Shown here in pieces: positions 14,001-26,636 of a stretch of 64,000 nucleotides of DNA (positions within the stretch are counted from its first letter, which is position 1; the number at the start of each line of letters is the position of its first letter). A model generated the notes under the pieces. That model saw nothing but the letters and a program-made list of their open reading frames with translations. It was not told the origin of the DNA and ran no database searches. The stretch is from Orbicella franksi (lineage: Eukaryota), in assembly GCA_964199315.1 (NCBI GenBank), contig OZ116705.1:30442001-30506000 (forward strand), written 5' to 3'. Made by a program: the position numbers and the translations under genes.

Positions 14001-15525
14001 GTTTCCAACTTCTTAACTGATGAATGTATTAAATAATTATGTCCTAAGAAATGAAATTTCAGAGAAATTCTCATTGGTAAGTATTAACTGAAGGAAGATA
14101 TTTATTTTATTTCTTGTTCTCACTTTTTTTGCAAATCTGACCAGAATATAATCCCAAAATTAATCTTTGATTACTTGGAGCTTTTATGGTTACATTCAAT
14201 AAAATAGGTGGAACTTTCAACTTCCCCTTAAACACTCACACAGGTAGGAAACATTAAAAAACGTTGCTTTTGCAAACATCCAAACAGAAGGTTCATGTAA
14301 ATTGATGCAAGATTTGTTCCTAATCATCCTAGTCCAAAGAAAATCACATTTTCAATGAAGACCTTATCTTGCAAAATGTTTTGGCATTAGGCAGAGCAAA
14401 AACAAACTACTGTATCTACGAACTGCATGGATTAATAAATAATCTACTTGTTTAAATCATTTTATTGTTATCAGATGCTTCATGACTAAAACAGTAAATG
14501 TAGGCAGACAATTTTCTTGGAAACGTTTTTTTGTGATTACTCTATAATCTATGCAAACTCTCATCATTTAATTTGCTTTCCTTGAATTTAATCGCCTTAA
14601 AAATTTCACACCGTTTTAACCAAATAAAATTACTTTAAATTTCGCTGAAGATATTTACCAAACGTTGAATCCTTGAAATATTTGTAAATTTATGTGCAAA
14701 AGATTTAATAGTACTAAGCTTTAGGCAGTTCAGATGTTATCTTTTTGCGTGTAAGCGACGCGTAGGCATGAAAATAAATGCTAATTCATGAATTTTTTAT
14801 GCCCTATTGCGAAAACTACTTCTTGGCGATTCCATTTCAAGATGAGGTTGCAAAACACGATACCAAAATTTCCCGCTGTTAAATGTTTTGTCTCTGAATA
14901 TCAAGATTCTAGATAAGCAGGTCCCTTCCGTGTTTAACGTCGTAGCTTTTAAGGTTGTATTCGCTCATGAAATCCTCCCCTTCTTCAAAGTACATGTACC
15001 CAATAAAGCTTGGGGATGGCGGCACGTTAATTCACAAGCTGAGGTTTTCCGGAAAACTAAACTATTGCGATCAAATTTTCACTCCGATAGTAATTTGCCC
15101 TCCCAAAAGGGTTTTAAACCGAAGTTTAAAAAATCTAGCCCATCAAGTGCGGCATAGAATATGTTTAAGAAACACCCAGAATTGAATAGTATGCATAAAA
15201 ACACCGGTTCTTACGCGTAAAATATCTGGAGCTGCATGCAGACGGCAGTCGAAATAAACAAAACATACTTCGTGCACAAGGAGTTAGCCAGCACGTGTGT
15301 ATTTATTACAAATTAGATAACACAAGCGGATTACTGAGAAACAAAACGCAGTTAACAACACACATTTAGGGTGATATTATACCTGTGACTTCGAAAAAGC
15401 TTTTGTGATTCTTCAAAGCCATTGTTTAACAGCAGATTTATCCCATCTCTCGCGAGGCCATGATATTCCCAAAAGTCTGACGTCTTCGAGGTCTCATCTT
15501 TGCACTCATTCCTGGAGGGATTCAT
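5081..15525 (-). CDS. TTC39C: Tetratricopeptide repeat protein 39C-like, 16 coding exons, 609 aa
   Basis: Exons: 15383-15525, 13239-13287, 12623-12812, 11656-11837, 11246-11550, 10639-10709, 10074-10171, 9650-9743, 8951-9005, 8673-8725, 7861-7967, 7333-7456, 6410-6510, 6118-6222, 5994-6032, 5081-5194. All introns are GT-AG, phases are consistent, total 1830 nt. Motifs GINLLLNNGF, YIKGGYLMRRAWKLY, LLWYH, ESKWSQSYYAYL and FSGYDFENRL match TTC39C. Confidence 0.93.
6729..6982. mobile_element. MITE with GGGTGCTTACCATTTAC TIRs
   Basis: gggtgcttaccatttac ... gtaaatggtaagtaccc, with the 3-bp flank aag on both sides. Confidence 0.55.
9098..9440 (+). repeat. Degenerate 19-20 bp tandem array (gtgacaaagcgcgggaaaa) in a TTC39C intron
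   Basis: More than 15 visible units. It explains the three overlapping low-complexity minus-strand ORFs at 9060-9397. Confidence 0.85.
10755..11040 (-). mobile_element. tRNA-derived SINE, diverged copy
   Basis: Colinear with the well-preserved copy at 37082-37383. Confidence 0.8.
11925..12084. mobile_element. MITE with TGTAGTTCCAGAAAATATCCATAC TIRs
   Basis: tgtagttccagaaaatatccatac ... gtatggatattttctggaactgaaca. A related fragment lies near 20330-20430. Confidence 0.6.
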
Positions 15526-15782
15526 AAGGTCAGCACTGCTGTGGTTATTTCAATAAATGCATGCGGGCTTGGTCAAGGAAACGCTGAGAATCAACATACA
15601 TCTCGCGCCATGTTTTGATTTTGCACAATTTTCTTGTGAGAAGCTAAGAAGTGCAAGGCGTCCTTTGATTGGCCGGCTGATTCGCATGAGTGAGTCCGGA
15701 AAAAGCCGAGCAATTTCCGAGTTTATCCGAACACATCACGATTTCAGCGAAATTATTATGGGATACACGTGCAATATTCAAG
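15526..15782. promoter_or_regulatory. Putative bidirectional promoter and 5'UTRs shared by TTC39C and UQCRB
   Basis: Only 257 bp separate the two divergent start codons. The region is GC-richer, with a reverse CCAAT box (gattggcc, ~15667) and an ETS-like ccggaa (~15696). Confidence 0.7.
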
Positions 15783-16231
15783 ATGGCGTCTGTCGCTCCG
15801 AAAGTGGGAAGGCAGTTGTCCTTCACGAGAAAGGTTTGGAATGCATTCCACGACTGGTACATTAATGCCTGTGGTTACAGACAACTTGGTAAGTTTTTCT
15901 GTTAGAAGATCGATCGGTTTTATTAAAAACCTCCGTCTTTGATCTCTTTTCTCGGGCTCAAAACTAGTCGACTTTTAGGGTATTATTTACGTAATTTCAG
16001 CTAGCATAATTTAGGTCTTTCATTGTAATGACAATAATAATACCATCAAGAGCATATTTATTAGATGTGTTTTCTCTGTTATTAATCTCCCAAGGGAAAA
16101 CATGGTTTGTTGAAATGCTTTTTCTACATTGTGGAACACATTAATTACATGTGACTTTCCCAACGCGCAATATCCAATTTTATTATATGGCTAGCTCCGT
16201 GAGCGGGCAAGATGAATCGAATCCTGCGCTG

Positions 16232-16262
<31 letters not shown>

Positions 16263-18572
16263 TATCTTGCCCGCTCGGGACTACCCGCCGTGTCCCACAA
16301 GAAAAGTTTCCCCGAAAGCCATATAATAAATCCTTTATTGACCAAGCTTGTTCGGTCAAGATGGCTGGATGTTGGCCTCGTTCTTTTTTTGCGTGTTTTT
16401 GGACCTCGACTCCGTCTCGGTCCATAAACACGCAAAAAAAGAACTTGGCCAATATCCAGCCATCTTGACCTCACACTTGGTCAATAACCCATACATATTA
16501 TGAGCTTATGTAATCTTGACCTGACACCGTTGTAGTTAAAAAACTGTTAAAATACAATTCAACGAAGTACAAATACTTATATTTGACAAATGATTTCTTT
16601 TATTACTCCTTATCAGTCACATATTTTCAGGGCTGCCGTTAAGTTTCGAGTTACCTGTATCCTTAATCTTCACACCTGTAACAAACTTGTCACTTTGTGG
16701 ACTAAATTGTATCAACAAAGGGCAATTTCACTCACAACATCAAGGGCTTATCAACTATACTCAGCCATAACAGGTGTTACAGGTTACAACCCTTGGTGAC
16801 GACCCTTATATTCTTTGCTGAAGGATTTACTGTGTATAAATAAACTTACCATTAGCATTACCAGTCCTGATTTTCACAGAGTAGCTGAGGATGAAGTGGT
16901 GGGTAATATCAACAGGGGAGGGGGGGAATCTAGTGTCAAAATTCCATGATGTGTCAGATAGTAAATATAATCATTGCCCTCTACTTCACTGCATGTCTCA
17001 CTAATTTTTTTGCATTCAATGTTATATTTCAGGTCTTCGCAGAGGTGATCTATTAAATGAGGATGATCCTGATGTGATTGAGGCCATAAAACGTCTTCCT
17101 TCTGAAGAGTTCAATCTGAGACAGTTTCGTGTGAAGAGAGCACTTGATTTGTCAATGAAGCATCAAATTCTGCCAAAAGATCAGTGGACAACAAAAGAAG
17201 AGGTGAAACTTTACAATGATTTTTGGTCTTGGGAATAATAATTTATAGGAGAGTCTTCTGACATCATTGTTTACATTTTTCCTCATTAACATACAACTTT
17301 GTGCAGAGAAGGCATCACGCTAGACACAAATTGACCACAAACATTTAAAGAGCTTGTGAAACTTAGTATCTGGTGAAATTTTTGGCTTTTTGGGTGTAAT
17401 ATTCGAAGAGAAATTGGCTTTCAAAAACTGCAAAATTTCTGGGTGGCAAAAGCGCTCGTGAGCTCATACACTCTTTGTAAGATTTTGAGTTTTTAACCCG
17501 CATTGCATGAAAAGTATTCAGTACATGGGACTCAAACTCCTTGGGACAGTTAATCGTGCTGTGCCCTTTCAATATTCAGAACTAATGTTTTTGTAGTTCC
17601 TTAAAAAACTGTATTGCTTATTCTTATGCTTACAAGGCAAATATTGTAAACAAAGACTCTACCATACTGACTTCAGAGTATCAGTATGAAATAACCAGGT
17701 GTTTTGTAGGGTCTGTGAGGTGGCATTGACTGGCTATGAGGATGAATTTGCCTGCCTGGTTTAACCATCTAGATAAAGTTTTTTGTATTAGGAAGTTCAG
17801 TTCAAAAAGTTTTGCCCCCCGCCCTGTGAAAACCAGTTGCCCTCCAGCTGAAAACCTTATTGAAACCCGTCTCCCATGTAAACCCATACAAAACAAATGA
17901 TTAAACTTTTAGAGATACATGTAGACTGTGTTTATTAGACCCTATCTGTGGAATTGAACTACATAAGGTTATTCTTTTACTACTGATTTGTGTGAGACAC
18001 TTTTTAGAAGCCATTAAATATAGACTTTTTCAAAAATCAACTTTGTAAATGTATTGGATAGCAGCTCCCCAATGACTCACTTGAGTAGCTTGATACCCTT
18101 TGAGAGGACATCTGAACAAACCATAGACATAATGCCCCTAGCCCCAAAACAATAAATTTTACAGGGGTTTCATTAACCTTTTCGGCAGTGTGGCAACTGG
18201 TTTTCACAGGCAGGCAGAACTACTTGGACTGAACTTCTTTACAAGAAAACGTTTCTGCTAGATGGTCAAACCAGAAAATTGCCCTTGCAACAGTCAATTT
18301 GCCCAGTGCCTGGCCTCAATGAAACTCCTGATAATAATAGCTGCCAACAAGCAAGAGAATTACAGGCTTAGGAGAGCTTCTACACTTGTGAAATAAATTG
18401 TTGTCATTTTTATAGTCCCTTTGAGTATTTCCATGTTATCTAGACTTTTCAAACTTTTATTTATTATTTTTACTTTTATTTCTATTTCATTTAGGACACC
18501 ATGTACCTTCAACCTTATCTCGATCAGATCAAGAAGGAAAAACTAGAGCGAGAAATGTGGGACCATCAGTAA
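15783..18572 (+). CDS. UQCRB: Cytochrome b-c1 complex subunit 7 (ubiquinol-cytochrome c reductase binding protein), 3 exons, 117 aa
   Basis: Exons 15783-15888, 17033-17202 and 18495-18572 give MASVAPK...[34 protein letters not shown]...[21 protein letters not shown]...[28 protein letters not shown] at 18749. Confidence 0.95.
16170..16500. mobile_element. Palindrome-rich interspersed repeat in UQCRB intron 1
   Basis: cccgagcgggcaagatggagctatcttgcccgctcggg hairpin, plus inverted gtcaagatggctggatgttggcc / ggccaatatccagccatcttgac arms. Confidence 0.6.
16628..16806. mobile_element. Short CAGGG-ended MITE-like element; homologous copy at 48128-48317
   Basis: Colinear core cacctgtaacaaactt...aattgtatcaa...aacatcaagggc...tactcagcc-taacaggtg is present at both loci. 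Confidence 0.6.
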
Positions 18573-21500
18573 CATCCCATGGGATGTTTATCCGCGTTCT
18601 TAGCAGAATTTATTCTTAAATCTTGTGTAAATGACATTCAGTTGTGGAACAAGTTGTGTGAACTGAAATATAATTTGTGCCTCAGTTAAGATTTTTCTTT
18701 GTAACTTTGATGTGTTAATTGACTAGGTTACATTTTTGTGCATGTTGGAATAAAGAATTCCAGATTTCAATATTATGTTGGGTTTTTTTTTTCTTTGTTC
18801 AGGAATGACGTGACGCCCCCTTCCTTTATGGTTTGCACTTTCTCTTACAAGTCCTACCAGAAGCATATCACCAAGTCTAGGTGATATGCTTCTGGTACTA
18901 CTGATTCCAAGTGTCCTACGAAATCGCTCTTTTTTCAGGCCATTTTACTTACTGGTTAATAGTTTCAGTTGTGGGTCAACTAACACAAGTGATCTTGTGA
19001 CGATAAATTTCATGATCATTATTTTGATTTTGCTACCTGTGGATTTAGCTAAGAGGTCACCTGTTTTGTCAGTCACAGGTCTAGACTCGTGAGTCAATGA
19101 TTCACTGTTCAAATTTGCACGCTGGTTAGGCTGAATAGGACTCCTAAATAGTACTTCAGTTAGCTTAGATAGGACTTAAGTTAACCTGCATTATAAACAT
19201 TACTTCTGATGGCCTAAATGAGCACTTACCGGTACCCCTGTAGGTTATCTGCAATTTATTAGTGCTCTTGTTAGGTGATATAACCCTCCAGTCAGTCTGC
19301 ATATCACTCTGGTTAGTGTAAATATTCACTCAGCCGAGCCTGGATAATACTCAGGTTAGCCTGTTTGAGTTTTATACTCAATAAGGGTGCAAGTTACATA
19401 AAAGATAATACTTACTCTTTCCTCCACAATTTCTGTTACAAGATGCCAGACAGAGGCCACCTTATCCATGTGCTCTGCTAGTCGGTGCAGTATGAATGGC
19501 ATTAGCCCAAAGAACAGGGAGTGGGAAAAAAGATGAGGTTACCTTTGTCTTTTGCTCTACACTTCTCTCACTACTCCCGAACGCTAGTAGCATGACTAAC
19601 TGCCTAACTGAGTAGTAGTATGCAAGTTTTATAATCAGGGAAAATTTCAGCTTGATGAAAAAAATACAACAAGAGATATAGCTGCCCAACCATAATTCTA
19701 TTTTACATTCCTGACCCAGGCCTTAAACTGCTTGAGTTTATGAATCTTGCAAATGTTTTAAGCCTGCAGGGTGGGTAAAAAGAAAGAAGAACACTGAAAA
19801 TGTCCGGCAATATGAAACACTAAAAGTTCAAGACATTTATTGACAAAAATTACTGCACAAGAGTACATTTTGAAACTTACTTAAAATCCACATGATTTAC
19901 ATTGTGTGTAAGTTATATTAAACTTTATTGATACGCTTTTTGATACTAGTTTAGGAAAGTTTAATTTTAACTCTACTTAGAGCAGAAAATCATGATTGCT
20001 TGGAAGTATTCTGCAAATAATTGTAATTTTTCAGAACTGTTAGGAAAATGAATATTAGCAAGGTGGACATGGGACAGGAATTTAGTATTCATTCCACACA
20101 TTTTTCAAAGATAAAATACTGCTTATTAACCTTTCATGCAATACAATAAACAACATTATTTCATGACCAAGACAGTTGGCAGGGCCAATAACTCAAATCA
20201 ATCAACCACATTGTTTTATTACTGGTCCAATATTTTCTACAAATCAGTCAATCAACAACTTAAGAAATACACCAATAAACATCTTAGCCCTGTGGGCCAT
20301 GCTAGCTTGAGACCCTATATAAAAGAATGTGTAATCCCAAAAATATCCATACCCCTCCCACATAGGGTTTTTGTTTTTACCCCCACCCACCCCCCTTCCT
20401 GAACTAGACAATCGAGGTAATCCCTGGAAAATAAATATCCAAGAAGTGCAAGTTCACTTTGATTCTCCTGGTTTTATAAAAATCTCCAAATACACATACT
20501 TTGATGGTTTTACATGATTTACAAAACACCCTGAAAGAAAGCGCACACTAAAAGCTGTATTTCTATGACTTGATAAAAACACAGAACTAGCAGGAGTTGT
20601 TGACGTAATAATGGCACAAGTAAAGAGAATTTACATTTTGACGATCAAAGTAAACAAGTTCTTTCCTTTTTTGATTGCGTTGATTTCTCAAATAAATAGA
20701 ACACATGTTCTCTGTGTTTCTATCTAGTCACAGAATCACTCGAGAAAGTTTGGGAGAACTTAAAAAAATAGCCTATCAGCTCATGTTCCCACAGCATTTC
20801 TTGCTCTGCCAAACTTCCACTCGTGTTTCCATAACTTGATAGAAAAAACGGACCATGGGCATTCTAAAGTATTTTTCTGTGCCTTACAGAAATGAGGCAA
20901 TATGGGGCAAACAACAAATAACGGGAGAAATCATGTAAATATTGACGCATTGTTACAGTAACTATAAAACCGTCAAACTAGAATTTATAATAATTCTTTT
21001 ACATTCTTGCTAGTTAGCTCCACAGTGGGATACTCTGTGTAATACATGTGTGAGACACTACAGTGTAACATGCTCTCATAAATTTTTTATGTGCTATCTT
21101 AACACTATGATAATTTTATTGTCAAATGATGTAATAGTGGAACTCATACTTATTGACCAAGTACACATGCTCAAAGACTGATTTGACCAGGAATGAAGAC
21201 AGAATAAATTTTGTAACAAATCTTTCTGGACCGCAAAAAGCAGCCAATATGAGACTACGAAAATAACAATCATAATTATTAAAGTTGTGTTTACATTTAG
21301 ACCACACTCTAAGAATGCCAGCAATCTTTCTAGATGATCAATTCCAAACAATCCCCTTGTAATACAATTAAAAATACTGTGGAATCCCGATTTTTGAACC
21401 TCCAAGGGAAATGAAAATTGGTTTGAAAAATCACCTAGTTTGAGAAATCTGGAGTAAACTTGCAGTGTTCTACTGAGGGAAGTAAAACAGGTTTTGGTTC

Positions 21501-21618
21501 AAGTTATCATGAGGTTTGAACAAGTGAAGATCTGAGAAATCGGGATTCCACAATAAGTTGCAAGATTGTTTTACGGTAAATTAAAATAATTTGATCACCC
21601 TAGGTAGCAAAAACTTGG

Positions 21619-24600
21619 TTAACAACAGCCTGTCTTGTGTGGTTCAGCGGAAGGAATATTCTTAAATTCCTGTGAGCTTGTCACTGATGTACTGTTTGTT
21701 AATGTTATTGAGTCGGGGTCCTTTGGAATACTGTCAAAGTTATTTGCCTTTTCATTCTCTAGAATCTGCAAGGAGAAAGATCAAAAACATTCACTTTCTA
21801 TCAATCAAGAAACAAACTGACAAATTAGAGGTAAAGTCTGCATGTGAGCTAAGTGACCCATCAGGCAGGAGCTTATTCCAGTTTCTCTAGCATGAAGCGA
21901 CTAGGAGTATTTCTACTCTCCCCCTCCCCCCCCCCCCCCCCCCACCAGGATATCAAGATGCAAAACTGTGATGAAGCACCTTTAAAGGTCTACAGTAAGA
22001 TTACAGTGTCATGGCTAAGAACACAACACAAGTTTTAAAAGAACTGTGCTCTGGTCTGAAAACCATGCACGTTAGCCCAGAGGTTTATCAATATTCTCAT
22101 GTACCTTTGCCACAAGATATTTTGCTGCCTCAGAAATGTTTATGTCCTCTTTGGCTGATGTCTCAAACCAAGTATTAAACCCCTTGTCTGAACAATATTC
22201 ATCCATTTGACTTGCATTGTTAACTAGACCCTCCTTGGCTTGATCGCACTGCAGGAAAAAAGAAAATATTGTGATCAACAACAAACTTTTCTTGTGTTAC
22301 CTGACAACGTGATGACGGGCATGTTTAAAACAAGAAATGGTGAAAAAGCACTACGGTTAGCCTATAAAATATCACTGACCTGACAGCAGTTAGCTCTCTA
22401 TGATAGTTTGGGTTACCCTTACAGACACCCGCATCCCACATTGACTCTTAATCATAGCACCATCATTTCGTAATTTTGCCATTTTGTGTTTTAAACACAC
22501 CCTGTGATGACCTATCGATTAAGGGATGACATAAACAAGCTAACACTTCCATAACCCTGCCCTGATTATTTGAGAAAGATGTTGCACCACAAAGCCAAGT
22601 TGTGAAACAGCCTAGCATCCAATTTGCTACAAGCGTAATTATCCCTAAATATTTTCAAACTAAACCATGTCATTAAAGTTTTTGATAGAAATTTTACATG
22701 GTGTCCATGTAAAGCAGCTTCTATTTCTTTAATTTTGTCCTTTTATATTGAAATTTTTTATCATGTTAAAATAAAATTATTAATCTATCTATCTGAACAT
22801 CTCCTACACATATGAAAAGATTCCCCGAGTAAACAGAATACTGGCAGTCTCTGCATGCTCCATTCTACCCTCACATGAGAGATTCAACGAGAAGAAAAAT
22901 TACAAAATGATGATCTAGTCCAGCAGTGATCCTTGTACTAGCATTGAATGGTTATTGTGTGAAAGAAATGGGTAACTTACTAACAGACACAATTAGTAAA
23001 AGTTGCTGACACAAGACACCAGTCGAGTTACCTGATGTAATTTGTTATTCACTGCCTATGTGGATAAAACCCTAGTGTGTAACCATTCAAATGAAAGCTA
23101 TTGAGCAGTACTTTCATGTGGTACTGTTTACTATGCTGTACAAGGTGGTTCTAACTTTCAAGTCTGTGTAAATCCTAGTTTGACTTGAGAAACAAGAAAA
23201 AAACTGGGTCAAGTGTCATCTTGCAGTAGCTCGCGGGAGTGTTACTGATGATGAAACAAAAGACAAAAAGTTATATTGTCACCAGTAACAATCCCAGAAG
23301 CGATTAAGATAAAGATCACCCTAGATTTTTCTTGTTTCTCAAGTGGCAAATTCAGATGAAAGCTATTGAGTAGTACTTTCATGTGGTACTGTTTGTTATG
23401 CTGCATGTGGTGGTTCTAACTTTTAAGTCGGCAGATGAAATTCCTGTGTGTAACCATTTAAATAACAGCTATTCAGCAGTATTTCATGTGGTATTTGCTT
23501 TTCATTATGACGTACACGGTGGTTATAATGCTTACATCTGTGAGTGAATCCTACTCTGTGGAATTCTTAAATTCTTAAATGAGCAGAACTTTCTTGTAGC
23601 ATTACTGTGGAACTTTGAGAGTCAACAAACCTTGTTTGCTAATAGAACAACAGGAATTGGAGCTCCATTAGGAAGCATAACTTTACCATCCAAGTCATTC
23701 TTCCATTTCTGCACAGCTTCAAATGTAGACGCTCTTGTGACATCAAACACAATGAAAGCTCCAACCGCCTCCTTATAATAAACCTGCCAATTAAATTAAT
23801 TCTGCATGTTTTATATGTACTATGTTACCATTTCCTCTTAATAATTACATTATGTTAAAGTTGTCTCTTCAAACTCCCAGATGTGGAATTCCGTAGCTGA
23901 ATTTGATCATCATGTGATCAAAAATTGACCAATGAAAAATTGACCAGCAAAAAATGGAAAATGAAGATTGTCTCCAAGCCTAAGCTACAGTATACTTATA
24001 GAAGCTAGGTGTCACTGGATGGGCTGCTCCTAGACAGTAAAAATTGGTTGCATGTGGCCTTTGTAGTGTGAGCAGGTGGCTCCTGTCATGCAGAAACCAG
24101 AAATCATGTAATCATAGACTACGAAGCTATGATTGTTATAGGGTTTTCTAGCATGTTTCAAAATCCTACCATATTTTTGTGCTGTACACAATTGCAAAGA
24201 AGTTGTCTAATTGAATAAATATACACAAAACAGTTTGTGTCAAAGAGTTGCTATACATTTGTTACATATACAGCCAGGTTGTACCATTCTTAACAAGACC
24301 TTGACTTCTGTCTTTTGAATAAGAGATTACTGTGGTAAAACTTACTCGTGTCATGTTCCCAAATCTTTCTTGTCCTATTTCCAAGAAATAAAATCAAACC
24401 ATGTTATAACATTGCTCACAAAGCCACACTGTCAAAGAGGGTGGCAAAGGGTTTATGCAAGACACATGATGAGGGCTAAAATTAGCGTGTGATGCGTGAA
24501 AGTAAATGTGGCTGAATGCATATGTGATGCATGAATTTTGTTGAAATTTGTGCATGAAATGGGGAGACAACCTCCATTTTCTGCCCTTATCAAACCCAAA

Positions 24601-25725
24601 ATGGCCAGAGCTATTCTTCTTAGTTCACCCTGTTTGATTGGAAAACATCGTAAGGATTCTGTTTTACAACAGTTGGTCAAACTAGTCAACCTGATAAAAT
24701 GGAAAGCAACCTTAGTGACGTTGGAGATGGGTTAAGGTCACACTCGCCGAAAGCTGGAACGCCTAGGGTAAGAGGAAGAAGGGATGGCCAACAAAAACAT
24801 GGCAGTGGGGCCTGGGAGCAGACATTAGGAGATCAGGGCTGAACAGGAGTCAGCTAGAGAGACCCAGGACAGAGATGACTAGAGGACTCTTGTTGGCCAC
24901 CTATGCTCCAGGAGGGGTACTAGGCGCAAGTATCTATAGTGAGTCATGTTACGTTTTTGAGGACCCCTTTAATACCGACACCCACCCCCAAGCCCCCCTA
25001 AATCTGACCTCATTTTACAGCCAGCGGGGGGGGGTTAGATCTGGGGGTTCCATTGTGTTAATCAAGTAGACATTTATGAAAGTCATACAAAAGGATGTGA
25101 CAAAAGTTTACCTGCAATATCCCATAGCTGTAAACGAACAAGTGTATCAGTGTCCCAGTTTATAACCTTGAGCGCGAAATCAACTCCAATGTATTCAAAG
25201 TCAAGGTCAACAACAACAACAAGTTAAACAATAAATAACAACAGCGGCATCTTTGAGCTTGATTTCATGTCAGGTGCGACCATTAATCGAGTTAATAAAT
25301 TGATGGGGGAAAGCCTGTTTCTGTATAGGGTGATTAAAATTTCTACAACGGCCGAAATCATGCTAGGGAAAACTAGAAATATGCAGACATCGAATAGCTA
25401 CAACTAATTGACCTCATCAAGCTTGTAACTAACTAAAGAAGACAAGCGTTGACTGGACAACATTTGGAAATTTTTTTAAGAAAGGATATTGTAGCTCTGT
25501 AGTGTACAGAGAAAAATTGATGAACATAGCGCTTAATGATGCTAGTTTTTCCAACACCGAGGTCTCCTATTACCAAAACTTTGAAGAGAAACTCCTTCTT
25601 CTCCCCGGACGATTCCTGCGAAAGAGAGAAAAAAAACAATCAAAAATTGCCTCCCAGCCCCGCTGAATATTGTTGTCAATCGTTTGTAAAGTATTGTTTT
25701 TGAAAAAGTACATCGAACGTACCAT
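21619..25725 (-). CDS. RAB32: Ras-related protein Rab32/Rab38-like, 7 coding exons, 226 aa
   Basis: Exons: 25723-25725 (ATG only, least certain), 25490-25615, 25112-25190, 24346-24374, 23631-23783, 22105-22248, 21619-21765; total 681 nt. Motifs: GDLGVGKT P-loop, subfamily-diagnostic DFALK and WDIAGQE, NKCD, ETSAK, C-terminal GCC prenylation site. Cannot distinguish Rab32 from Rab38, which is a vertebrate duplication. Confidence 0.92.
21829..21930 (-). mobile_element. SINE 3' fragment
   Basis: ggtaaagtctgcatg...tctagcatgaagcgactaggagtatttctactc matches the SINE tail. Confidence 0.75.
23065..23540 (+). repeat. ~106-bp repeat array with an inserted MITE (23183-23344)
   Basis: Repeat units as at 4135. 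The insert has TIRs acttgagaaacaagaaaaa ... tttttcttgtttctcaagt. Confidence 0.7.
24735..24930 (+). mobile_element. Degenerate 3' end of an RTE-clade LINE
   Basis: Frameshifted pieces (G-R-R-x-G-W-P-T-K-T-W, QLER, QDR, ending ggccacctatgctccagg) resemble the RTE ORF C-terminus GRPxxTWRR...QLERxAQDRxxWRxLVxxLC. Confidence 0.55.
25191..25489 (-). other. U12-type (minor spliceosome) AT-AC intron in Rab32/38, 299 nt
   Basis: 5' site ATATCCTTT at 25489-25481, branch motif CCTTGAC at 25206-25200 and terminal AC at 25192-25191. Removal restores YRAT-IGVDFALK. Confidence 0.92.
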
Positions 25726-26502
25726 AATCAGCTGTAGAAAGTGTAAATATAGTCACTCGTAATAGCCGTACATCAGGAGGAAGCCACCATGTTGTCATGT
25801 GATTGTACGCGATATATTACTGTATTTGATTGGTTGGAGAATTTCGGAGGCAAGAGTCTGGCAGTTATAAGCTTGTTTTTTATTGGCCTGTGAAGATTTT
25901 CGCGATTCCACGAAAATATTCGAAAATATGCGAAATTCCACGACTTTCGCGAAATCCGTAGACCATATAGACCGAACAATTCTGCGAGATTTCATTTTAA
26001 TAAAGCGTTCTGCCTTTTTTTGTAAGTTTAGTTGCTAGAACAAGGAAAAATTCTGGCGGGGGCAGGGAGGGTGGGGGTGGATATAGTCATGGGGTACTTT
26101 GAGATATTTTGTATTGCCGATCGAGAGTGCTCACCCTCATATTTAATTTACACTAAAAGTTGCAAATTGCAAAACGGGTTCTATTACGTGAAACTCAAGC
26201 ATACGAATGCTTTTCAATAATGTTACGCTAAATGTTTGTCAGAAAATGTCAGTTGTTCGAATTTATTACTCAGCCCTTGACCAAAGTCAAGTATTTTAAT
26301 AAAATATGTACTTGTTGTTCGGTAGTTTTCTACCATCCTGCTTGCATTACTGCCAAAATGCTAGAAACGGAAGGTGCGAAAAAAGCTTGTGCTCTATAAT
26401 TTTCAGCCTCAGCAAATTTCAATTTAACTTTCCATTATTATTTAGCAGACGGAAGCGGGATTTTTTTGTAGCTGTAGAAAGCGTTTCTGTTTCAAGATAT
26501 AT

Positions 26503-26636
26503 ATGTTATTTGCCGGCTTATGGTCGGTCCGTATGGTGAAAAACTGTGACCGAGGTCTTGAAAATGCGGCAGCATTTTCAAGCCCGAGGTCACAGTTTTT
26601 CATCATACGGACCGACCAAGAACCGGCAAATAACAT
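26503..26636. repeat. Near-perfect 134-bp palindrome (foldback/MITE arm)
   Basis: atgttatttgccgg...gaaaatgc ggca gcattttc...ccggcaaataacat. A single arm recurs at ~51330-51400. Confidence 0.8.

Noticed and set aside
25783-25895. Perfect GCCACCATG Kozak on the + strand
   Set aside because: It opens only a ~35-codon frame and is simply the reverse complement of the Rab 5' region motif.
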